IMG/VR virus record: IMGVR_UViG_3300010885_038456
Coordinates: 3,423-67,422 of that record
Source of the DNA: a virus
Strand: one strand, 5' to 3'
DNA: 64,000 nucleotides
Shown: positions 48,443-58,960 of the stretch, in pieces
Position numbering within the stretch: position 1 is the stretch's first letter
Layout: the number at the start of each line of letters is the position of its first letter
Position numbers and translations under genes: made by a program
Notes under the pieces: model-generated
The model's input: only the letters and a program-made list of their open reading frames with translations
Told to the model about the DNA's origin: nothing
Databases searched by the model: none

Positions 48443-48505
48443 TTATATTAGTATATTTATTCACATAGAGTAAACGATTTAATAAAACTAAAATGGACGC
48501 AGACG

Positions 48506-48730
48506 GTGATAGTAAAGGCGAAAGACAGATTTCGAAGAAAAGCAATGTTTTACAAAGAAGTGTCACTTATGTTGGCAATGTTCTTTCTTCCATTCGGATA
48601 CGATGCATTATTCAAAATGATAATGGATATGAGCGGTTCTTATTGGGTAGCGGATATAGTTTTCTACTCAATTTCAGGTTTCTTTTGGTTGTGCTATATA
48701 TTACTTACGAAATATCTAAATAAAAACTAA
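48506..48730 (+). CDS. small two-TM membrane protein (overlaps ORF 48493..48723)
   Basis: LMLAMFFLPFGYDALF...FYSISGFFWLCYILL. Confidence 0.6.
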   Translation: MIVKAKDRFRRKAMFYKEVSLMLAMFFLPFGYDALFKMIMDMSGSYWVADIVFYSISGFFWLCYILLTKYLNKN

Positions 48731-48777
48731 AGTTATCTATACTTATTTCCAATAACACAACTTAATATTGAATAAGG

Positions 48778-48954
48778 ATGGAAGAAGCACTTAGAAGGAT
48801 TATCTTTGAGATTAAAGATATATTAAAGGAAATTGATGAGGATGGAACATACCACCCGTTATTAGAAGAAATATCTGAATATCTTGAGGAAATGCAAGAA
48901 GTTATTGAGAATTACGAAGAAGATTTACAAGACGAAGATTCTGACGATTATTAG
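48778..48954 (+). CDS. small highly acidic protein (not in ORF track)
   Basis: MEEALRRIIFEIKDILKEIDEDG...YEEDLQDEDSDDY, 58 aa. Confidence 0.6.
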   Translation: MEEALRRIIFEIKDILKEIDEDGTYHPLLEEISEYLEEMQEVIENYEEDLQDEDSDDY

Positions 48955-48970
48955 GAATTAAAAACAATTA

Positions 48971-49312
48971 ATGAATAAGTTACTTTTAGGTAGTGTGTAC
49001 GGAATACTTGCACAGATACTTACGTTCCTGCAACTGCAAGGGAACATAAAATACAATTGGTTTCAGAAAGCACCTATACTTACATTATTGGTTGGAATAC
49101 CATTAGCATACCTTTATATAAAATCAGTAGAGAACTTTGTATTGGCTTACGATGGACAAGTCTGGCCGAGTAGATTACTAGGTTTCGGTCTGGGTATGAT
49201 TGTGTTTGGTGTAATGAGTTATACAATGTTCGATGAACCTGTTACATTGAAAACCACAACCTGTCTTGCGTTAGCAGTATCTATAATCTTAATACAAATA
49301 CTTTGGAAATGA
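48971..49312 (+). CDS. four-TM small membrane protein (SMR/DMT-like)
   Basis: Four hydrophobic helices; F.EPVTLK. Confidence 0.7.
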   Translation: MNKLLLGSVYGILAQILTFLQLQGNIKYNWFQKAPILTLLVGIPLAYLYIKSVENFVLAYDGQVWPSRLLGFGLGMIVFGVMSYTMFDEPVTLKTTTCLALAVSIILIQILWK

Positions 49313-49539
49313 GAAAATTAGATGTTGTTAGAATGGGTGATGAGTTATTTGAGGTTAAACACAGAATACCTGTCAGCCGATTTACCATAGAAATCAATTC
49401 TGAAAATAGTGCTCTACTAAAGGAATACTATAAAGTGGATAAGGTATTACGAAATGCTCAGACCAATGAGTATATGTTTGCCAATCGTATCGAAGATGCA
49501 ATAATAGTTGAAGATGATATTGAAAATACACCAATTTAA
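49303..49539 (+). CDS. hypothetical protein
   Basis: ORF upstream of groEL; no clear GroES signature. Confidence 0.6.
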   Translation: MEMRKLDVVRMGDELFEVKHRIPVSRFTIEINSENSALLKEYYKVDKVLRNAQTNEYMFANRIEDAIIVEDDIENTPI

Positions 49540-49571
49540 TTTGGAAATACTAAATATTTTTCGTATATTTG
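49540..49571 (+). promoter_or_regulatory. Bacteroidota-type sigma promoter
   Basis: TTTG-N20-TATATTTG upstream of groEL. Confidence 0.75.
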
Positions 49572-49608
49572 AAACAATAAATAATAATAACCAAAAAATC
49601 ATAAATAA

Positions 49609-51231
<1,623 letters not shown>

Positions 51232-51258
51232 TGGTGTAGGAATACAACATTAACGAAT

Positions 51259-51444
51259 ATGAAACCAGAGAAAGAAAAACGGATTAGACGTGTACGAGAT
51301 ATCGAAGAGTGGGAAGAATTACCCAGTTCTGAAACTATGAGTGGTTACACTAAATCTAAAAAAGTAAGAGTAACACCAAAGTATCCAAGTAAATCATCAA
51401 AAAGAAAACAAAACTTCAATGAGAGCGAGGGCTTTGACGATTAA
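51259..51444 (+). CDS. hypothetical small basic protein
   Basis: 61 aa ORF. Confidence 0.5.
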   Translation: MKPEKEKRIRRVRDIEEWEELPSSETMSGYTKSKKVRVTPKYPSKSSKRKQNFNESEGFDD

Positions 51445-51730
51445 AAACCCAGACATAATTATCGGACTCGATTGGGTAGAGCCATTCACTAAGAATGAAG
51501 CAACCGATGATTATTACATTTGGAAAACAAAGAATTATACACTATTCCTATCACGTCATAGTAGCGAGGTTGACACTGACTTAGGTATGAATATGTATAA
51601 ACTAATATGTGTAGATGAGAGAACAAGCCAAAAGAAATGGGTTTGGGTCTCATCTCACCAATTGGAGAATAGAGAAGAGTTTTTACATCAGGCGTGGGAT
51701 TTAGTAGATATATTAGAAGATAAGTTTTAA
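51419..51730 (+). CDS. hypothetical protein
   Basis: 103 aa ORF. Confidence 0.65.
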   Translation: MRARALTIKNPDIIIGLDWVEPFTKNEATDDYYIWKTKNYTLFLSRHSSEVDTDLGMNMYKLICVDERTSQKKWVWVSSHQLENREEFLHQAWDLVDILEDKF

Positions 51731-51936
51731 ATTTAATTGATATGATTGACGGAAATATTATTGAAGATACCGCAATAGTGAATGAATTACTATTAAGCGC
51801 AGGTGATTACGGAATGCAATCCGAAGTTGTTACATGGGCATTGTATAATATGAAAAGAAACCCAAACCTAAGTATTACAGATGCTATGCAGCTGGGTTAT
51901 TCGGAATGGATTAAATAATTTAAATAATAAGAGGTT

Positions 51937-52170
51937 ATGAAGACAGCAGAAGAATTAATAGAAATAAGTAACGCAATTGATTTACTCAGAAAAGAAGGAT
52001 ACTTTGTAGATGCACTATGGCATACCGATGATATCCAACTTACATACGATTGTAGTGATGAAGATGCGACTTCACTATTAGATAAAGCATTTACTAGTGA
52101 TAGTTTATACGATACTATTTGGGATGAGATAGATTTCTACGCTAACGATATGGAATTAGTAAAAAAATAG
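51937..52170 (+). CDS. hypothetical acidic protein
   Basis: GYFVDALWHTDDI motif. Confidence 0.7.
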   Translation: MKTAEELIEISNAIDLLRKEGYFVDALWHTDDIQLTYDCSDEDATSLLDKAFTSDSLYDTIWDEIDFYANDMELVKK

Positions 52171-52174
52171 TAAG

Positions 52175-52771
52175 ATGGCAATAAGATTCACCGATACGTT
52201 CAGAATCAAGCTGAATAGGATAATACTACATCAAAGTGGATTATTCACAGCATATTCTGCATTACGATACAATGTTCCTAACTTCTTTGCTAACATATGG
52301 AGATTTAGGAAAGTCCTATGGAGGCATCAATGGTGGGATTACGCTTACCATTTGGAAGCAATGCATACTTCACTATCCATTATGGAGAAAGGGATTCGAA
52401 CCAAAGGTCACCACGAGCGAGATAAAGTTGTAGCAAAGATGCAGAGGGCAATACAAATACTAAAGGACAAAGCCGAATACAATTATATCGATAGAGCAGA
52501 GTCGATGATGGGTAAGTTGGTAGAGTATGATTGGATTTTTGAACCCGTTGAAGAAAATCCAAAATTGGCTAGGTTGGTTGATAAGTTGACACCAATTGAA
52601 AGAGAACACAATGGTAAGGTATATGCATACGCTGATAGATTAGAACGTGAAGAGTGGGATGAGTTATGGAGAATATACAGAGGACCTGAACCATATTCAA
52701 AAGAAATATCAGAGCAAACCAATTACGATGCATATTTTGACGGCAGCGGTTTGAATAACTGGTGGGACTAA
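52175..52771 (+). CDS. conserved phage hypothetical protein
   Basis: NIWRFRKVLWRHQWWDY...FDGSGLNNWWD. Confidence 0.8.
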   Translation: MAIRFTDTFRIKLNRIILHQSGLFTAYSALRYNVPNFFANIWRFRKVLWRHQWWDYAYHLEAMHTSLSIMEKGIRTKGHHERDKVVAKMQRAIQILKDKAEYNYIDRAESMMGKLVEYDWIFEPVEENPKLARLVDKLTPIEREHNGKVYAYADRLEREEWDELWRIYRGPEPYSKEISEQTNYDAYFDGSGLNNWWD

Positions 52772-52783
52772 TATAATAAAATT

Positions 52784-53041
52784 ATGACAAAGGCAATCTT
52801 AAAGTTTCAGTTAAACGATTTTGATGATAAACTTGATCATTTCAGATGTGTAAAATCCGAAGAGATGGCAATAGCATTATTCGAAATCAATACTGCTAGA
52901 AGGAAGTGTAACTCTATCGCAGATGATAGAGTGGATAAGCTCGAAGAGTTAGATGTTTATGATGGAATCGATATAGTATTCGATGAGATACTTCGTATTT
53001 TGGATAAGAATGATATCAACTTAGACACACTAATTTATTAG
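52784..53041 (+). CDS. phage hypothetical protein
   Basis: MTKAILKFQL...NDINLD. Confidence 0.75.
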   Translation: MTKAILKFQLNDFDDKLDHFRCVKSEEMAIALFEINTARRKCNSIADDRVDKLEELDVYDGIDIVFDEILRILDKNDINLDTLIY

Positions 53042-53678
53042 TAAATAACGTATCGTTGTTAATAATTATTTCTCAATATATATACTTGAGATATTAACTA
53101 TAATTATTAACGAATTCTGCATACGTTATGAACGAGCTTTTAAAGGATTTTAGTGAAATGGATTGTGGTTATGGCGTAGCAGCACTAACCATATTATACG
53201 CAACATTAGTAGTATCGTTTGCGTATATTACCATTAAATCGTTATGTATTTTAATTAAATCGTTATATAATTCAAAAATTGGCAGCAAAAAGTAATAGTA
53301 CGGCGGATGTTACCGCATGGCTTGAAAAGGTTTTACAATCGTGTGAAACAGAGGAACAACAGGATTCCGCATTGAGGTTGATTGATATATTTGAACGTAG
53401 GGCTGTTCAAGTAAAAGCAAACAAATGGCATGTTGAGTTAAGTATGTATGGTGGGAATTACAAAAAGTATGGTGGGTTAAAAACGTTCTAAAAACATTAA
53501 GTGAGTTATGGGTTGGCTCAAAAAGAAGGTCTTACTACATTGGCAAATGGTGGGTAGGAAGACAGCGGTAACTATTGTTAGGGATTACAAACGTAATCGC
53601 GTGGTTATATACATCAAAAATGGCAGATGTATGATATACACGTATAATGGGGAATGGATATCTGGTTAAAAAAAGGTT

Positions 53679-53879
53679 ATGAAAATAGAAACAGAAGAAC
53701 AATTCAATGAGTTTGTGAGTGAAACAATTCCACAAGCTCTTTTTCACGTCGAACGGACTGATATGGATGATGAGTATGGAGTCCGAATAGATGAGTTGAC
53801 AATACTCAGATTATTAAACCAACACCCCGAAGTGTTAAAGTTCAAATCACTCACGTGGTTTGTTCGGAGCTTCGTATAA
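53679..53879 (+). CDS. hypothetical protein
   Basis: 66 aa ORF, AAAGGTT-ATG start. Confidence 0.6.
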   Translation: MKIETEEQFNEFVSETIPQALFHVERTDMDDEYGVRIDELTILRLLNQHPEVLKFKSLTWFVRSFV

Positions 53880-54007
53880 AACTATAATGTTATGCTGATA
53901 TTGAAGGTGTGTTATTTGGTTGTTGTATTTTGGTGTGCAGCACTACTGGTTTTGGAGTTAACAAATGTGTCTGACAAATCGAAGGACGATAAATAAAATA
54001 GTTATAT

Positions 54008-54196
54008 ATGGGACAAGAACGAACTGAGGCTGAATACCAACAAATGGTAATCAACTTATTGATGGGGATAACAGATATCCTCAAAGAAATGCAACAACAA
54101 CAACAATCGGGTAATTCTACTAAGATAACCGTAGTTGGTAACAGAGGAACATCAAGTCCGAAAGGATTTAATTCTAAAGATGATTTTGTATTATAA
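54008..54196 (+). CDS. hypothetical protein
   Basis: 62 aa ORF with a Q run. Confidence 0.55.
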   Translation: MGQERTEAEYQQMVINLLMGITDILKEMQQQQQSGNSTKITVVGNRGTSSPKGFNSKDDFVL

Positions 54197-54324
54197 AAGG
54201 TATTAAGATGGAAGATGCACAAGAACAAGAGATTTTAGAAAGAATCGATAGACTCATTCAGAAATCAAAAGAAATTGATGAGAAGTTGGAATTACTACGA
54301 ATCGAATTACAATTAAATAAAATT

Positions 54325-54354
54325 AAAAAGGGAAGTTAATCACTTCCTTTTTTT
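54325..54354 (+). terminator. intrinsic terminator
   Basis: AAAGGGAAGT/ACTTCCTTTT stem followed by a T run. Confidence 0.75.
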
Positions 54355-54363
54355 ATGCCATAA

Positions 54364-54545
54364 TTTAACATTATTTAACTAAAATAATTTGGCGGTTAGA
54401 AAAATAATGAGTACCTTACCGTGTCAAACACTTCACTACTCACCATTAATATAATTTAACATCTTTTAACATTATTTAACTAAAATAATTTGGTAGTGTG
54501 TATATAATTTTGTATCTTTACTATGTAATCAATGAGAGATAAGTT
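54364..54545 (+). repeat. promoter-leader repeat, tandem copies 6a (partial) and 6b
   Basis: TTTAACATTATTTAACTAAAATAATTTGG twice. Confidence 0.8.
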
Positions 54546-56594
54546 ATGAATGTAAAAACTATGAGTAAAAAGGTTTTCAAACCACAAGCTTCTTCGTTCT
54601 GGACAGATGTTTGGGATTCGTATGAAGAAAATGATTCTTACACTCCAGAAGAATCGAAATCGATTAACCTAATGAAGTTGAGTGGTCATCGCAGGGCGAT
54701 AGCTAACTTTGTTAATATCCTAACCAACCAAAATATTCCGGTTGAGTTTAAACAATCGGGTGGGTCTTACACCGATGGTAAGAGTGTTACAATTTCTTCG
54801 GATGTTAAACCAGAAAAGTTTGATATCGCAGTTGGGTTGGCGTTGCACGAAGCTTCTCACATTAAACTTACCGATTTTCAGTTATTTCCAAACTACTATG
54901 TTCCAGATGAGTTATTCAAATTGGGACAATCTAAGGGATTGGATGTTAACTCCAATACAGGTCATCGGAGTACATATCAATTCAAAACCATCAAAGATTT
55001 AACGAATTGGGTTGAAGACCGTAGAATTGATACTTTTATCTTTAAGACCTGTCCAGGTTATAGAGATTACTATCGGGCTTTGTATAACGAATACTTCTAC
55101 GCTGATATCGTAGCAAAGGGATTGAAATCTGACGAGTATACCGATGAAACAATTGATTCGTATCTGTTCCGAATTATCAATATCAATAACGAATCTACTG
55201 ACCTTACTAAGTTGAAAGGTTTAAAATCGATATACAGAATATTGGATTTGGCTAATATAGAACGTTTAACTTCAACCACCGATTCACTCAAAGTTGCCGA
55301 AGCAATCTTTGATGTTATCCTTACTCACATTGACAACACCGATTGTGGTGAAGGTGATAATGATGAGGAAATCGAAGATGGTGACGGAGAAGCCGGTGAA
55401 GGTACTGACGGTGAAAGTAAAGAAGGCGATGGCACTAACGAAAGTGAAGGTGGTGCAGCTTCAAATGGTGGTGGTGAATCAGAAGAATCTGATAAATCAC
55501 CCAAAGGTAGTTCAGATAAACCACTTTCGGACGCAGCTAAAAAGCAATTGGCTAAAGCAATTGATAAACAAAAGCAGTTCATTAATGGTGATGTGAATAA
55601 GAAAGGAATTACCAAATCACAGGCATCAACACTTAACTCATTAGAACAATCTGGAACTGAAATGGTGACAGTAGGTGGACAGGTGATTGACGGACTTGGT
55701 AGAGCAATGGGACAGACTCAGGTGATGGTTTCAAAACGAATGACCGAATCACTAATGAAACAACAAACATTCCCATTCGCCTATACAAATTACAAAGGTG
55801 AATTGAATGACTATTGTGGTACAGAAGTTTCCAAAGGTATTCAATTGGGTACTATCTTAGGTAAACGTTTGGCAGTTCGTTCTGAAGAGCGTGAAACGAT
55901 TAACACCAGACAACAAAGTGGTAAAATTGATAAGAGATTAATCGCTGGTTTGGGATTTGGTTACGAAGCAGTATTCTCAACGAGAGATATTTCAAAGTTT
56001 AAAAAGGTAGCATTACATATTTCAATTGATGCAAGTGGTTCGATGGACGGAAGACGTTGGGACCAAACAATCGTTACAACGGTTGCCATTTGTAAGGCGG
56101 CATCTATGATTAGTAATTTAGATGTGCAAGTTTCTATTAGAGGTACTTGGAATGATAGTGGTTCTAAACCATACGTTGTTATCGCTTATGATTCTAAGAT
56201 TGACAAATTTGAAAAGGTTAAACGTTTATTTCCATCACTAAGAGCTAGTGGTACAACACCTGAAGGACTTTGTTACGAAGCAATTATGAATCACTTTATA
56301 GAATCTTCCAGAGATACTGAATCGTACTTTGTTAATATATGTGATGGTGAACCAAACTGGGAAGGTAATGGTTTTTATTACACCGGCCAAATCGCTTTGA
56401 ATCACACAAAATTAATGGTTAATAAGATACGTTCGAAAGGTATAAAGGTTCTAAGTTATTTCGTAGATGGTAATTCATCAGGGCATTCACAAGACCGTTT
56501 CAAAGTAATGTATGGCGATTCAAGCAGATTCGTAGATATCAACAATATCGTACCAATTACCAAAACGTTAAACGAACTTTTCCTAACTAGATAA
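54546..56594 (+). CDS. VWA-domain protein with N-terminal HExxH domain and acidic linker (CobT/MoxR-partner type)
   Basis: YTDG...LHEASH...EDRRID; G/E/D/S linker; SIDASGSM (MIDAS), GTTPEG, ICDGEP. Confidence 0.88.
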   Translation: MNVKTMSKKVFKPQASSFWTDVWDSYEENDSYTPEESKSINLMKLSGHRRAIANFVNILTNQNIPVEFKQSGGSYTDGKSVTISSDVKPEKFDIAVGLALHEASHIKLTDFQLFPNYYVPDELFKLGQSKGLDVNSNTGHRSTYQFKTIKDLTNWVEDRRIDTFIFKTCPGYRDYYRALYNEYFYADIVAKGLKSDEYTDETIDSYLFRIININNESTDLTKLKGLKSIYRILDLANIERLTSTTDSLKVAEAIFDVILTHIDNTDCGEGDNDEEIEDGDGEAGEGTDGESKEGDGTNESEGGAASNGGGESEESDKSPKGSSDKPLSDAAKKQLAKAIDKQKQFINGDVNKKGITKSQASTLNSLEQSGTEMVTVGGQVIDGLGRAMGQTQVMVSKRMTESLMKQQTFPFAYTNYKGELNDYCGTEVSKGIQLGTILGKRLAVRSEERETINTRQQSGKIDKRLIAGLGFGYEAVFSTRDISKFKKVALHISIDASGSMDGRRWDQTIVTTVAICKAASMISNLDVQVSIRGTWNDSGSKPYVVIAYDSKIDKFEKVKRLFPSLRASGTTPEGLCYEAIMNHFIESSRDTESYFVNICDGEPNWEGNGFYYTGQIALNHTKLMVNKIRSKGIKVLSYFVDGNSSGHSQDRFKVMYGDSSRFVDINNIVPITKTLNELFLTR

Positions 56595-56599
56595 TCAAT

Positions 56600-56983
56600 A
56601 TGGCTAATTCAAAAGGCAACGATGGTGTGGTGTTAAACTTTCTTATGAGGAATGGGTTTAAGTGGCAAGATAAAGAAGTAGTTACGGAAGATGGTGTAAC
56701 CTATCTAAAGCTGAAAGATATTAAGATAGCAGCACTCGGTGAAGATGGTAGGTTATGGATATCGACAGAACGAGCAAGACGTATCAAAGGGTTTAAAACT
56801 AAATGTAAAGACCTACTGAATGAATTACCCAATGTTAAGATAGTCCAAACCAACTTTGAATGGATATTGAATGGTACACGTTGGACAGGTAAACCGATAT
56901 GTGTAGTATCAACTGCGAGTTTGGATATAAATGATTTTTTGGACACCATTAATAATACAATCAGTAATGCTAACAATACATAA
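56600..56983 (+). CDS. hypothetical protein
   Basis: 127 aa ORF after the VWA gene. Confidence 0.7.
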   Translation: MANSKGNDGVVLNFLMRNGFKWQDKEVVTEDGVTYLKLKDIKIAALGEDGRLWISTERARRIKGFKTKCKDLLNELPNVKIVQTNFEWILNGTRWTGKPICVVSTASLDINDFLDTINNTISNANNT

Positions 56984-57410
56984 CATAGAGGAATTCGCAC
57001 ATAATATACCACTAGATACGGATAATACATCTGTACCTGCATCTGGTATGATACAAATACGATACGCTGGGACAGCGGTATTAGATGAGTTATTGGAAGG
57101 AGATGATAACCGAATTAAAAAATATGGATTTGACGTAAGATATATTGATACATCATACACTAGAACTATGACACCTTCACTAATTGGTAGAATGTATTTA
57201 AGTAGGACTACCCATAGGAGCAAGGGCGGGTTTGATTATTACAAATTGGTGTTCCCAACTTCTAAGACATCATTTCCATACCCAACTGCGGTGATTGGTG
57301 CAAAGATGGAAGCAGAGGTTACGACTCATTTGGTATTGAGTGATGCAGAGAGTTTCAAACTATTTCTGACGATGTGGATACAATCGAATTTAATTCCACC
57401 AATAGCATAG
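56931..57410 (+). CDS. hypothetical protein (start probably the internal ATG, MLTIHN)
   Basis: ORF following 56600..56983. Confidence 0.6.
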   Translation: MIFWTPLIIQSVMLTIHNIEEFAHNIPLDTDNTSVPASGMIQIRYAGTAVLDELLEGDDNRIKKYGFDVRYIDTSYTRTMTPSLIGRMYLSRTTHRSKGGFDYYKLVFPTSKTSFPYPTAVIGAKMEAEVTTHLVLSDAESFKLFLTMWIQSNLIPPIA

Positions 57411-57718
57411 TTACCAAAAGCAAAATCAAATCCATTACAAAATGGACACATATAATAATTCAGCTAAAACGAGTAATACTACAAGTAATACATACATAGC
57501 ATAAGAGTATACATAAGAAGTAATAGATAATAAATAATCAGTATAAGTAACTGTACATAGTACCAGAGTAAGAGTATATACTGCTGTATAGTAATACTAA
57601 TGTATGACTGTATAGAATACCACTGTACATAGTACGAGATGGTTAGCCACACTACCCAACTGACTACATTAATACGAACGACTAATTCAACTACGGATAC
57701 ACTAATACGAACGACTTT

Positions 57719-57780
57719 GTACATTCGTAGCAATAGTACATTCGTAGCAATAGTACATTCGTAGCAATAGTACATTCGTA
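57719..57780. repeat. tandem 17-mer GTACATTCGTAGCAATA x3.6
   Basis: Exact units at 57719, 57736, 57753 and a partial unit at 57770. Confidence 0.95.
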
Positions 57781-57835
57781 CAGTTGTACAAACAATATTG
57801 ACACCTACCAACTCACTGCTACTACTACCATATGA

Positions 57836-57885
57836 AATACACTACTATGTATAACATACTACTACCTATAACATAGTAGTGTATT
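57836..57885. repeat. perfect 15-bp inverted repeat with 20-nt loop
   Basis: AATACACTACTATGT / ACATAGTAGTGTATT. Confidence 0.9.
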
Positions 57886-58102
57886 AAACCCACCTACCCT
57901 ATCATAATATATAAGTGCACCGGTTTAATAGACGTAGAATGGATTAAAAAAGGATTGGAAACCAGTCAGTATCAAAAAGAGTGATGAGACCATAGTAATA
58001 CATACATACGATAGGTCACCATACACACGAGTTCATTTCGGATTAGACCACCCTTAAACGCTATGTAAACCACGTACGATTGAAAGCAAAATAATAGCAG
58101 AA

Positions 58103-58209
58103 TTTAACATTTATTAACATTATTTAACTAAAAGGAGTTGGCAGTGTCAGCTGAATTAGTTACCTTTAGGTATTGAGTTAAGAGAGTTATTAATTAAAAC
58201 CAAAAAGTT
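58103..58209 (+). repeat. promoter-leader repeat, copy 7
   Basis: Phased TTAAC, TTGG, TACCTTTAGGTATTGAGTTAAGAGAGTTA. Confidence 0.85.
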
Positions 58210-58431
58210 ATGAGAAATTCAGAAAGTATTGTTGAGATTGCGAGTTCATTAAACGCTGTAGAGTTTACAAAGTTTTTAGATACAGAACAGATTTTCTATG
58301 AATTATTAGATTGTGATAACATTATGGACTATAACGATGGATTTTACAACATAGTTGTTTGTAATCCGGCTGATGGAACTGGTGTTGAGGGTGAAGCATT
58401 TTTATTTATTGATGGTATTTACACAGCGTAA
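58210..58431 (+). CDS. hypothetical acidic early protein
   Basis: 73 aa ORF after the repeat. Confidence 0.7.
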   Translation: MRNSESIVEIASSLNAVEFTKFLDTEQIFYELLDCDNIMDYNDGFYNIVVCNPADGTGVEGEAFLFIDGIYTA

Positions 58432-58442
58432 TTCAAAAAGTT

Positions 58443-58667
58443 ATGAGAGAAGTTAGATTAAGTATGGCAGTTCAGTCACATCTGAGTGATGTTATGTATG
58501 AGAATGAATCAGGTAGAACACCAAAGCTACGTTTTATAAAGCAAATTATACATTGGAATCCAAATTTAGAAATAGAAGTTGAAACCCGTTATTTAGATTG
58601 GTTATGGGAACAGTGCTTAAACGGAGGGTTTGGTGGTGAGTATAGTAGTTGGAAAGAATGTAACTAA
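58443..58667 (+). CDS. hypothetical protein
   Basis: 74 aa ORF, AAAAGTT-ATG start. Confidence 0.7.
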   Translation: MREVRLSMAVQSHLSDVMYENESGRTPKLRFIKQIIHWNPNLEIEVETRYLDWLWEQCLNGGFGGEYSSWKECN

Positions 58668-58850
58668 CGGAATATTAACAGGTTAGATAATTCAGCAGTG
58701 AATATTCCATTAGCTAAGCCGTGATGATGATGAGTATGTATTATCAAATTGTAAGTAAAACACACCAATCGCTTACACTTTAGTTAGTGTATCACATACG
58801 AGACGTAACAGATTGTAAGTAAAACACCACATTCGCTATCAATTTGATAT

Positions 58851-58960
58851 TTTAACATAATTTAACATTGTTTAACACTTCAAATTTGGCAGTCTAAGTA
58901 ATAATGATTACCTTTAGGTATTGAGTTGAGAGAGTTATTAATCACTAAAAACAAACAGTT
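58851..58960 (+). repeat. promoter-leader repeat, copy 8
   Basis: (TTTAAC)x3, TTTGG, TACCTTTAGGTATTGAGTTGAGAGAGTTA. Confidence 0.85.

Noticed and set aside
49303-49539. GroES upstream of groEL
   Set aside because: Lacks the PL.DRV and mobile-loop GGI signatures; a promoter separates it from groEL
57719-57780. Possible CRISPR array
   Set aside because: The units are contiguous 17-mers with no spacers, and there are no cas genes in the window
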